From: Octopus sinensis
Lineage: Eukaryota
Assembly (NCBI RefSeq): GCF_006345805.1
Contig: NC_043006.1
Location: forward strand, 66,650,001-66,714,000
DNA: 64,000 bases
Reading direction: 5' to 3'
Both the position numbers and the translations under genes were made by a program. Positions 13,672 through 26,910 of the stretch are shown here, piece after piece (positions within the stretch are counted from its first letter, which is position 1; each line of letters starts with the position of its first letter). Below the pieces are notes generated by a model. That model saw only the letters and a program-made list of their open reading frames with translations. It made no database searches and was not told where the DNA came from.

Positions 13672-14388
13672 CATATATATGTGTGTGTGTGTAAATATAT
13701 ATATGTATGTATACATTATTATTTTTGTATTCATCTAACCGTCCATCATCAGTGCCTGAACCCATACGACCAAACTCATTTTCCCCTGTATTATTCCTGA
13801 TTTTCTCTTTGATTCGTTTCCAGAAATTTTGTATGTAGATTACATCCCGTTGGCAGGCAAATGGGAATCTACTTTAATTCTCTCCAAAGAATCTGACCCT
13901 AAGCGCAAGATTAAAGTTGCCTGCGCGTATATTCTAGTATAATGTATAATGTGTGTGTGTGGTGTGTGTGTCGTTTTGAGAAATGCATGTTTGACAGCAT
14001 ATTTTCATATATATGAACGTGTATATGCGACTGTTTTAATACACCTACGTATATGTGCGTGTATGGATTATGTATGTATATATGTACGTATGTGTGAATG
14101 TGTAATGAAATTGGAGATTTCCTTTATTTTTTGTGTTTGACGATTGAATGTTTTCGTCGTGTGTTACCTTGTCTAGACGCAGATCTCAGTGTGTTTAAGT
14201 ACACGCGTGTGTGTGTATATAAATATACGTATACTTACATAATACATATATATATATATGCATATATATAGACATATATATCTATATATACATATATATT
14301 GTATTACATATGCTTATATATTTACACGCACATACGTACACTAACGAACACAGATACACACACGCACATCTATATATACATACATATA

Positions 14389-14443
<55 letters not shown>

Positions 14444-15022
14444 AGATATACTTATATATACTTGGTACGTATGCGTTTGAGCGCGCGAGAGTACGTGCAT
14501 ATGTATGGTGGAGGGGCTGGTATTTAATCTAGTTAAACCTTTCTAAATACAGCGCTGCTTAACATTCTAAATACGAACTTTGTGGATCGGCAAGGTTTCA
14601 ACAGGAATTTTACAGAAATAGAAAGAAACTACAACTTCATATCTGCAAAATGGTCAGGTGTGTCGACGTTTCCAAGTATACATATATGATTGCGTATAAG
14701 CAAATGTTCGAATACTTACATATATATATATATATATATATATGAACAGATATAGGAAAAAGACACACACACATACTTAAGTATGTGTGTAGTATTCAAG
14801 AGAAAAGGAAAACTTACTTCATCAAAAGTACTCAATTCATAATTGCGTTTTTTCTTTATATATATATAGGTAGGTAGGCAGATAGATAGACAGATAGACA
14901 GATAGATAAACAGATAGATAGATGTCTTTGCGCACGTATCTAATTTTTGCATATACCTACGTATATATGTTCACATATATATGTATATATTTACTTTCAG
15001 TTTTAACAATTTACACAGAATA

Positions 15023-15070
<48 letters not shown>

Positions 15071-15145
15071 CTGTGTGTTTATATATATATACGTATATGT
15101 ATATACGCACATGTATACATACGCACGCGCACACACACATATATA

Positions 15146-15515
15146 TCTCTCTATATATAGACGGCAGTTTGTCTGTGTGTGTTTCTGTGTGTCTGTTAGG
15201 TTGTACCCTCACCCTGACCACGGCTTTCAACCGATTCTGATGAAACTTGACACACTCATAGCCCAATGTCATAATTCAAAACTAACGCAACGAAAATTTT
15301 GAAAAGTTCCCCCAGTTCTGAAAAAAATCGATAAATTCGACATGGGGTCGAGAATTAGAAACACAAACCACAGACTGTCTAGGGGACGCAACTCGACCTT
15401 TTTAACTAAAAAAAATTTACCATCATTTTTTTTCCATTTTTTGGCTATAACTCTCTAAAAATGCTTTATAGTTATTTCCCTTACAAACCAGAGCAACGCC
15501 GGGCGATACTGCTAG
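15146..15515 (+). mobile_element. Non-autonomous Helitron
   Basis: 5' A|TC start, 3' GC-rich hairpin-like CCAGAGCAACGCCGGG followed by CTAG|T. The 3' part is shared with 61872-62254. Confidence 0.8.
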
Positions 15516-15869
15516 TACTGTATATTTATGTATATTATTTATGGTTATGTATATATAATAGCCATATTTGTAATACATTTATGGTGAATGCCTCGCGAAA
15601 CTCCAGTCTATTGCAGCATTCGTCCGGAGATAATCTACAGCTGTCTTTTGTAATTTCTCTTCTTCGTGCATGTATGCGCGCACGAGTATGTGTATGTGCA
15701 CGTTTGTTTCGCTATATTTGGACTCCAATGAGAATATGGACAGTAGTCTCCCTTTGTTATATCCGTTATTTTGAGAATCAGCTTATAAAACTCTTCTGGA
15801 CCTACTAAGAATTCAGTCCATATTAGTTCTTTTAATGAGAACTGCTGTACTTTTATCATCGTTTATGTT

Positions 15870-16100
15870 TTGCTTTTACTTGTATCAGTCATCGGATTGC
15901 GCCCATGCTGGAACACCGCCGCATTCAAGTATCTTAGTCGACCAAATCTCCCTCAGTACTTATTTAATTTTTTATATTATTAACTCGGGCACATTTCTAC
16001 CGGCTTACTGTTAATGTATCGCTAAATTACGGAGACATAAATAATGCGACATCGGTTGTCAGGTGATGAAATAGAAGACAAACAGCAACATAAAGACACA
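15870..16100 (-). mobile_element. SINE family A, 3' half, diverged
   Basis: Tail CATGCTGGAACACCGCC and body CATCGGTTGTCAGG are recognisable. Confidence 0.65.
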
Positions 16101-16172
16101 TCAGCGTACACGTGTGAGTTTACACACACACACATACACAAACGCACATGCACACACACACATACACGCATA

Positions 16173-16731
16173 TATTAGGTTGTACCGATTTTTAAAGGGA
16201 AAGAAAAACGGTCAATAAATACTCGCCATTACATTTTCAATCAACCAAATATGACCCATTTTGTTGCACAATGCATCTCCATCTTTCCTTTAACTAGAAA
16301 ATACCCTCTTTCCATAACTGAGGTAGTTTCATGGCAAAGAATTCATCAATGTATCATTTTACGTCATCCAAGGAATTGAAATTTTTACCATTAACACTAT
16401 TCTACAGCGACCCGAATAAGTGGAAATCCGAAGGAGCAATATCCGGTGAATATGGAGGGTGGGGTAACACATCCCATCCGAGATACAGCAATTTTTGTCT
16501 GGTTCCCAAAGCATCAAGTGCGGAAAATGAACTTTCTTATCTTCCATTTTAAAGGGTTACAGAATTAACACAGGTTATAGGAACATAAACCTTCTTCCAC
16601 AAAAAGATAGCTTAAACTGTGCTTTAAATGGAGGGGTAGTCAAATGCTATTTTATGGACTCAACCATTTTCTAAAATATGTCGAAAAGTAAGCTACTATA
16701 AATCGGCACGAACTTTCCGGAGAACCCAATA
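16173..16731 (-). mobile_element. Internally deleted mariner with both termini
   Basis: MEDKKVHF..LML is fused to GWDVLPHPPYSPDIAPSDFHLF...QQNGSYLVD*. Ends are TATTAGGTTG / GAACCCAATA, in TA context. Confidence 0.85.
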
Positions 16732-17759
16732 TATAACACTCTTTTGGATTCTACCTCCATGGATGATACTGGTTACTTTTGTTGATGTATATCGGCATCT
16801 TTGTAGTTTTACTCACTGTTTTTTAAGGCAGCATACAGATGTAACTTTTGACGCTGAATCCGAAGTTTTTATTCATTTATTCCAGAAAAACTTTGCAAAA
16901 ATGTTACAGGTGTTCAAAATTTGGTGATTTTCAGATTTTTCAGTCAATCAGGAAACAGCGCGTTCGCTTCCTCTTCCATCATCGGGTGTGGGGGTGCATC
17001 GGAATAACAAAGCATTGCTACTTCCCTTGTACACGCACAAACATAAACACATATATTCACACAGAGTTGAAACGCTGATTGATTTTTCTTTTCAGCATTG
17101 CATGTTCACCATCCCGCTTTTATTGCACACACACATACGCACGCACACAAACGCAAGCACACACAAACAAACATTCTCATACCTCCCTTTTACATATACG
17201 CACATATACTCACACAAAGTTGAAACGCTCTCACTGCCAGTTAGCCATCAGCACTTCCTTCCTTATTCATCTATCACCCCTTCCTTTCTCATTCTTATGT
17301 TGGGACAGAGAAAAACACAAGTATATTATTATAGTAAGAAAGTTTGTCTTTCTCGTATCTCCTTCACCTCCTTGTCCGCATGCGCAGCATCTTTGGTTAC
17401 GATGGAAACTGAAATCTTCGCCACGGTGATGTGTAATATACTAGTTTCTGATTGCCTAAAATACCCAAATTTTGCAAATTCCAAAGGCTAATAACTTTTT
17501 TGTTAGGGATTTATAAGAAACATTAATATTTTAATAATTAGTATACAAAATCGATATACCAAATTTGAAAGCAACTGGAACAATATTGTGACGAAAACAG
17601 TGACGAAAACCACAAAGGTCCGTATGTTGCACAAATCTACCACGACTTTTGAACTTCGTACGTTAAACGTTGCCATTTTCACTTATTTTTATTCTTTTTT
17701 TTTCCTCCTATTTCTCTTTCCAGCATGACTAACCATAATTTTTCGTCCTCTACCTTCAC

Positions 17760-17995
17760 CACCGCCTCGAAAATCATTTTATTAACTTCCTTTCAGCTGC
17801 TTTTAACCTTCTATTAATCGTTCGCTCTCTACACTATTTTTTTTTCGATCTCACTCCCGATATTTTTCCCCCATCTCAATCCCTTATGTCGAAAAGCGTA
17901 AGCTCGAAACGCCGAAGACATTTCCATTTTTCTCGAGCGTTAAACTAATACACATGCTTGTCTTCATCTTTTGTTTTCCTTAAATTTGAACTATA
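17760..17995 (+). mobile_element. Short Penelope-pLTR-like element with degenerate hammerhead
   Basis: TGTCGAAAAGCGTAAGCTCGAAACG...CGAGCGTTAAACTAATAC, homologous to 44155-44300. Confidence 0.55.
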
Positions 17996-18388
17996 TACAT
18001 AAATAAATGAATGGAAGGTGGAAACCCCATCTTTCTTTCTTTCCCTCTACCCAGCTGTCTATCTCTCTGACGATCTATCTATCAATATATCTATCTATCA
18101 GCCTATCTACTTACTTATATTTCTATCTATCCATCTCCATTGTCTTGGAACCTCACTAAAAAAAAGGCAAAAACAATGTTCTCTTCTAAACAACCCCCCC
18201 CCAAAAAAAAAAAAAACGTCTGTTTTATATAAATGAACAAGATGGTTGTACATTCACAAAATCGTATTTGACAATTTCTGGAGAGGAACGCAAATGTTAA
18301 TAATAATGAAGAAATAAGAGTTTTTTTCAAAATGCTGAGGACTTTTTTTTACTTAATATTCAATTCTATACATCACACCTGACACTCT

Positions 18389-18422
<34 letters not shown>

Positions 18423-18530
18423 ATACATTATATATATGTATGTATGTATGTACGTACGTATGTATGTGTGTGTGTGTATGTATGTATGTATGTAGTGTGT
18501 ACGTATGCATGTATTATGTATACGTATATG

Positions 18531-18573
<43 letters not shown>

Positions 18574-20049
18574 TGCATGTATGTATGTATGTATGTCTAT
18601 TTGGCTATCTGAGCGCGACAAGTTATGTCTCTGTAGGGAGCCTACGAAACTTTCAGTCATATGAGACCAAACCAAACTGTTTTAAATTATATACATACAT
18701 ACATACATGCATACATACATACATATATATATATATATGATTAAAATTAATCAAGGGACATACTAAGTATATCTACCTGCTGGAAATAAAAGACAAAGCT
18801 TATTTAAATCGCCAAAATATACTGATAATAACTAAATAAATATTGAAACCAAATATCCGATCCGATTGCAAACGGACTAAGACAATCTCTCAGCATACAT
18901 TCAAGAACTTGGATGCTCTATTGATACAAATGTTCAAAGAAATCATTTGCTGTGTATATATATATTTATATATATATAAGCAAATTAAATAAAATTTGAG
19001 ATTTTTTTGCGGAGAGGGGAAAGTGGTAACAAGAGCAGGACAGTGAGAACAAGACAGTAAAACAAACGGTGAGGGTTGTTAAGCCAAGACGATAGGAAAA
19101 GTATTATGAACGCTAGGAAGACGAGCTTATGAAGGAGACAGTATAAGCAAGTTTTGTCTTCACGAGGGCAGTGGGCAGAAAGATAGATTCTCTTTCGTCA
19201 CGTGTAAGCCACGAGAGAGTCGAGAAGGAGGATTGAAAGAGAGAGGGATAGGTGAAGAGAAGAGGAGAAAAATAGGGAAAGGTGGGAGAGAAAACCATAA
19301 AGGATGAAGAACAAAGAGGGAGAGAGATAGACAGAGAAGTGATAGTAAAGATAGAAGAGTGTGCATCGTAATTATTAAGATAAAACTTACTTGGAAAAGG
19401 ATGCGTGGTGTTCATAATAATTTTCCTATCGTCTTGGCTTAACAGCCCTCACCGTTTGTTTTTACTGTTCTGTTCTCATTGTCCTGTTCTTGTTACCACT
19501 TTCACCCGCGCAAAAAATCCAAGATTTAATTTGCTTTGCGGTTACGGCTGTTTCAACGAAGTCGCGTATTGTCCTTGCCTTCGAAAACGCGGAGTAGACG
19601 AAACAGGGACAACTGAAGAAGGGGAATACTCTTTATGTTGTATGTCTCATTTCTCTGTTTTTTCCGTTGATCGAAAAAACGTTCGTTCTCTATGTTTTTG
19701 TTTTTATCTTTTCGTTTCTCATTGTATTCAACGTTTTGTTGATATCCTGTACCCATATATGCATGTATATATACATATAGATGTAGGTATGTACATATAT
19801 GTATGTATATGTTTATATATTATTTATATTATTATATGATCGAACGCCACACATCCTTTTCCAAGTAAGTTTTATGTATACATGTATATATACATATATA
19901 TATATATCACGTGAACACGTGACCGACCAGTCCATCAGATGTAGTTACACATCGCTGGTCACAATGCGTTCACATTGTTTTAGCCTTCGAATGACACCAC
20001 CCCGCTGGCTAAGCGAGCAGGCCAATATCTATATATATATATATATATA

Positions 20050-20093
<44 letters not shown>

Positions 20094-21884
20094 AATATAT
20101 ATAATAATATGTTCTACACAGAAGTTAATAAATGATCCGGTGCTATAGTGCAAAGTATTTGCCCAAGAAGACGCACAGTGGGACTGAACTCAATACTGCG
20201 TGATTGCACTGCGGGCCTCCTAGCAACACACTCATGATCACGCCTTGAGTAAATTTGATAGTTTCCTTTTTTTTGTACTTTGTTTTTTGTTTCCCATGTA
20301 TTTTGACTTCCAAGTTTACTGATTTCGTTTAGTGCATGTGGTGAATTAATCCTCGCTACCACTATAACGCAAACATTCTTGACCTCATTTCTATATGAAT
20401 GAAATATCATTATTCCCACAGAGTATTTCTCTCTGCGACTTTCTGTAACATCAATAAGCACAGCTCTGTACCGCTCTGACGTGTATAGTATTGTGGTTTT
20501 GCGTTAGTATTATTGTATTCTTGTGCTAATATCTACATAGTTCCGTTTTCTTTCTGGTATTTCTTCTGCATTCTCTCCATTTGCCATAATTTGGCTCTCA
20601 TACAAATGTTCAAAGAAATCCTTTGTTGTATATATTTGTTGTATATATGTTGGCATTTTGGAAATAAAAAATAACATCCTTTGATGTTAAAGTCCTTCTC
20701 TACGTCTAAGTTATTGGTACTTCTCATGAGATCTTACGTACGTCTGATATTTACAGAAATATGTCTTCAAAGTTTGCTCGTGTATATTCCAAGCTATTTC
20801 TCTGTTCCCCGCATGTAATGGGGTTCACAATATAAAACCAAACCTATAAATATTACAGAACTCTGATAGTTATCTACTATTAACTTAGCGGAATGTTTTG
20901 AACTGTATACGAAGTCGTTCCGTTTCAGATTTGTTGTTGTGGTTCTTAAAGCCAAAAATTGGTTTTAGTTTCGTTCGTAATTGTCTGCCGGAATGTAATA
21001 TTCTATAGTTGTCTGTGAATATCCGTCATTTATGGGTTATGTGCTGTAATTTCCTAAGTCAAATGAATTTTGATTTTTTTTCGTTCTGAATTCTTCAGTT
21101 CAGAATCGTAAATTTCCGATATTTTCTGCTGCTTTCTGTGATATGTTGCTTACTATTACCAGTCCAATGTGTGCTTTGCATTTTTAAACCTATAATCTAA
21201 AGGTTTCTACCCATGACCATCGTGTCAATTTTTCCATGCTTCAATTATCTGATATTAACCAACGTATTAACCAATATATTTACCAATGTATTTGTATATA
21301 AGGTCCTTAATTTTAAGATTAAAAGATGTGATAGGTGGAGAGATTAATTCTTTGAGACTATGACTTCAGGTACAAAATCATCCACGCTCTTTCTCTGTCT
21401 GTTTCTCTCTCTCTCTCTCTCTCTCTCTTTCTGTTTCTCTCTCTGATATGTACAACATATGTAGTTACAGACACTCGTACGAAGCTGCTATCAAGCTATT
21501 CTTTCAAGTTGGGTGCATGTATGGATCGCGGTATAGAGGGATGCCTTGATGGCTCGATGGATAGATCGATGGAGGGAGGGAGTTCTAAATTGATAGATAG
21601 ATACAGTACTTATATATCTTTGTCTAATGTACTTATAAACTTATACATTACTAACATGCCAATATACTTATACATTACAGTAACCATCAGTTCACTACAT
21701 TGAGTAATATAAATGAATGTAGGACCAAACAACAAAAGTAAAGTAATCACTTTCATTAGCTAACAGCTGTTTCTGCTGTGTGGATCAAGTGTTGTAGGCT
21801 CGTGAGACTTCACATATTTTCCTCGAAGCCACTTAAACGTATGTAGTATGTAGACATGTAAATATTCGTGTATATATATATATC

Positions 21885-21916
<32 letters not shown>

Positions 21917-22224
21917 AGAGAGAGATATCATGTGTGCTTGAGTGTACATGTGCGAGTGCGTATTCGCGCATATTCTCTGGTTATATATTTCTAAATTTTC
22001 GAATGTGTCGTATTTTTAGACTGTAGGCCAATTATGTCAATCTTCTGAATGCCAGTAGTAGGAGGTTAAGTGACAAGTGGTAGCTCCTATAAAAATGTCA
22101 TTTTGCCAAAGCAAAATTCCTTCCCTTTCCTTTCCCTCTTTCTCTCACTTCTCGTGTTATATTTTCTATTACATTTCTTCTGTGCCAGTGGCTGAGCTAA
22201 CAGGCTAGCGAGCTCATCGATCAC

Positions 22225-22475
22225 TAGTGGAGATGGAGAGTCGGCACTAAAAGGAAACGTTGCTGTGACCGCGTGTGTATCGTTCGCGACTTTTTCCTCC
22301 GTCTTCTCTTCCTTGGATCTATCCTTTTCCTATGTTTCTGACGAAGTGCTCCGCTCGAAACGTTAAATCTCCTTCTTTCTTTCCTTTCATGAGCGTCCAA
22401 TAACACTATACTTGTTCCACGTCCTCGCGTTGTTGTGTTTTCGCTTTGTGTTTTCATGTTTAGATTAACTTTAGA
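22225..22475 (+). mobile_element. Short Penelope-pLTR-like element with minimal type I hammerhead motif (22334-22368)
   Basis: CTGACGA-AGTGC-TCC-GCTC-GAAAC-GT-T core. Homologous to 30360-30580. Confidence 0.65.
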
Positions 22476-22659
22476 TAGATAGAGAGAGAGAGAGAGACAG
22501 ACAACAAGCCAGACAGACAGGTAAGTAGGTATGTATGTATGTATGAAGGTAGGTAGATAGATAGATATATAGATAGATACATACTACATACATACATATA
22601 TACATACATACATACATACATACATACATACATACATAAGACGGACAGACAAACATATA

Positions 22660-23202
<543 letters not shown>

Positions 23203-24239
23203 GCTCCTTTTTATGACATCGAATTTCATCATAAAAGACACGCCTTGCACGGTCTATACACAAGTCATGTAAAATGCTCTTATATTAAATTATTTGTATC
23301 TATTATTACTCCAGATTTGAATTGTATCTATTAGTAACCCGAATTTAAGAGAAACAATAATAGAATATATATGTGCTGCTTTTTTACGAGAAATAAATTC
23401 AAATTCGATAGCGTTCCTACGCAGTAAAATGTAAATTATAGCCAATTGTTCTTTAAAATATAATTAAATAAAACATCAATAGCTTGATAACAAGAAAAGT
23501 TCCAACGAAAATTCTTGAAAATTGCGGAGAATACAAAAAAAAAAGTGTTGCAGAAAGACAAGAATTTCTTTTTGTGTAGGCACATTATATTGAGTTTATT
23601 TGCACATAACTCGTTGGAATAAAATAAATTCAAATAAAAGATTTATTGTCATTTAGTTCGGATGGATGTTAGCAGACATGATGCAATGTCAGGAACTATA
23701 GCTTGTGGTATTGGTAAGACCTGTCGTGTTCTGAATGTGAATTTTTCTTCATGTATACTTCGGCATTTATGCTCCCAGTTTGATAAAATATGAAACAGTT
23801 GAAATAAGAAGTATTGGAATAGAGACAATATTTATATACATACATAGATACATACATGCATAGACACACACATATTTATATAAATACATACAAAATTAAA
23901 TGTATGTAATAATATTTTGATGTGCCCGAGGAGAGTCATTTTCTTTTTGTACCTTATAATTGAACACACTCACCGGTAAGATTTCCACTTATTTCTCATT
24001 TTTATTTTCCTAAAATTTTCGTTGCGTCTTGCAACCTTTTTAATAATCTTGACTATTCTACCGGTAAATTTACCGGTATAATATATATTATATATATATA
24101 TATTATATATATATATATATATATATGATATCATAATATATATAATATGTATATAATATATATATGATATATATATATATATACATACATATGCATGCAA
24201 GTGTAGATAGATAAGTTTCATTATTAGCAGCACAGGACC

Positions 24240-24332
<93 letters not shown>

Positions 24333-24865
24333 GCAGAGATCAGGAAATCGCATTGCTACGTATAAAAATTACACCTCTCTGTATATATCTAGACTAAATC
24401 TCTAAAGCGAACACCAAAAGACACAGAAAACCTACAACGCAACACGTGGGAAGAAGAGAATATCACAAGACTGATTGTTCTCAAACAAAAATGGCCGACA
24501 TAGATAAAAACGACAAACTTATGGACATATCCAGCAAAACACTTCGAGGAAATATATGATAAGTACATTAAGAGAATGGAATGTTGCCCCTAAAATACAT
24601 ACAAAATATATATCAAAAGCACAATAAAACTAGGAACCTTTGTTCTGCAATTCGAGGTCAATCGGTCGAGCCTTTAGGTCAATGAAACGAAGACAATCAG
24701 TTGTAGATTATGGAAGCGTCTGACATAGTTTTCTGGTCAGGCAGAATCAGATTTAATTTCCGGATTAGGAAGTTAAAAACGTTCGCTTCCAAGATATTCT
24801 GGAAGGAATCCCTGGAACTAAAGACACTGAGAGAAAGAGATAAAAGAGTGGTGGATGTAGGTACT

Positions 24866-24898
<33 letters not shown>

Positions 24899-25236
24899 AG
24901 AAGAGAGAGACAGACAGACAAACAGAGTGAGAGAGATAAGACTAGAATAGGTAAGTGATTAACAAAAGCGAACGGTATTTTCGATGAATTGAAAAAGGTA
25001 AGTGGCAGGTTACAATTATTTTCTCTATATATATATATTTATAGAACTTCGCTGCTGTGTGTATTGTGTGTTCTGAATTTTCTATGCAAAAGAATGTCTA
25101 TATATGTGTGAGAGTGTGTATATATAAATGTATATATATGTATGTATATATATATATGTATATTTATATATATATTTATATATATATATATATTGTACAT
25201 ACGCATATGCTTATATAGTTAGATGACTGTTTGTGC

Positions 25237-25269
<33 letters not shown>

Positions 25270-25350
25270 CATACATACATATACATGTGTGTGTGTGCAT
25301 ACATATACATGTGTGTGGGTGCGTGCGTGCATGCGTGTGTATGTATATGC

Positions 25351-25387
<37 letters not shown>

Positions 25388-25391
25388 AGTA

Positions 25392-25425
<34 letters not shown>

Positions 25426-25509
25426 GGGGTGTATAGTGAGAGAGAGAGAGGAAAAGAAAGAGGGATAGATAGATAAATAGATAGGTACACTGAGATAGAG
25501 ATGGCTACA

Positions 25510-26012
25510 TTCTTTTAGTTTTTTTCTTACTCATATCAGTAATTTCATTGAAGCCATGCTGGAGCACCGCCTTACAGGGTTTTTTAGTGAAAGAAATCAG
25601 GTCTTATTGTTTGTAAGCCTAGTAATTATTGTATCCGTCTCTTTTGTCTAACCGCTAGGTTACCGGACGGAAAAGCACCAGCATGGGTTTTCAAGCAACG
25701 GTGAGGTCAAACCTAGACACAAATACATAGACATATATACATATATATATACATACATGTATATATACATACATAATATATATATATATATACACACACA
25801 TATATATGCATATATATATATATATACATATATATGCATATATATATATACATATATATACACATATATAGGACGGGGCTTCTTTCAGTTTCCGTCAACC
25901 AAATCCACTCAGAAGGATTCAGTCTGCTGCCCTAGACTATAGAAGAAGGCACTTGGCCAAGGTGCCCACGCAGTGGGACTGAACCCGGAACCATGTGTTT
26001 GTGAAGCAAGCT
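25510..26012 (-). mobile_element. SINE family A with expanded internal (TA)n
   Basis: Tail CATGCTGGAGCACCGCC and head CAGTGGGACTGAACCCGGAACCATGTG. Confidence 0.85.
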
Positions 26013-26053
26013 ATATCATATGTACATGTATACATATATACATATACATATAT

Positions 26054-26123
<70 letters not shown>

Positions 26124-26719
26124 ATATACATACATATATGTATATGTATATTACATGTATATAATGTCTATATATCAATAACTGCTCATACACAGATACA
26201 CACTTTTGTGTGCGTCTGTATGTATTGCCGTGTTTGTATATGTGCATGCGTGTGTATACTAGTATGTGTGTGTACGTGTGATTATTAGTGTACTTTTAGA
26301 CTTGTAAATTAGCAGAGAGCAATATGGATAACGTGAACTTTTTATTTTGTATCTCCTCTATCCACTTGCCTCGCGTGGGTGTCACTAGTGCAATTTTCTA
26401 AATTCATATACGGCGAGGACATTATTCACCGTCATGACATTTAATAATGTCGCATTATTTCAGTCGCTAAGCAATTCTGCGGGAGATTGGAGGTTTCTAC
26501 ATGTTAGATATAGTTCGAGAGATAAGGAAAATGGACAAAGACTAAGCGAAGGAAAAGTATGCATGTATACATTGGTATATATGTGTATGTGTGCGTATGT
26601 GTTTTTGTGTAAGATTGTGATTAAGCATATATATCATATATCTATCATATATATACATAATAATATTATATAGTAATACCACGATTATAATATTTTTTTA
26701 TTTTATCGCAATTTATTTG

Positions 26720-26750
<31 letters not shown>

Positions 26751-26862
26751 ATATATATATAGTATATATATATATAATATATATATATACAATATATTAC
26801 ATACATATATAACATATATATATATATACATATATATATATATGTCTGTATGTATATATATA

Positions 26863-26906
<44 letters not shown>

Positions 26907-26910
<4 letters not shown>

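Noticed and set aside
13832-13864. Strong polypyrimidine acceptor followed by a short frame and a GC-type donor-like site
   Set aside because: Too short, with a non-canonical donor and no recognisable product.
19530-20025. Repeat-like segments, including GACGAAAC...CTGAAGA resembling a permuted hammerhead
   Set aside because: There is no room for stems I and III, and with single copies in the window the family cannot be supported.
20250-21300. Possible decayed RTE/APE LINE on the minus strand (SVGIMI)
   Set aside because: Only one weak motif, with no continuous alignment by eye.
24059-24078. Perfect 20-bp palindrome TACCGGTAAATTTACCGGTA
   Set aside because: Short, at the edge of a (TA)n tract and probably a repeat terminus; no evidence of function.
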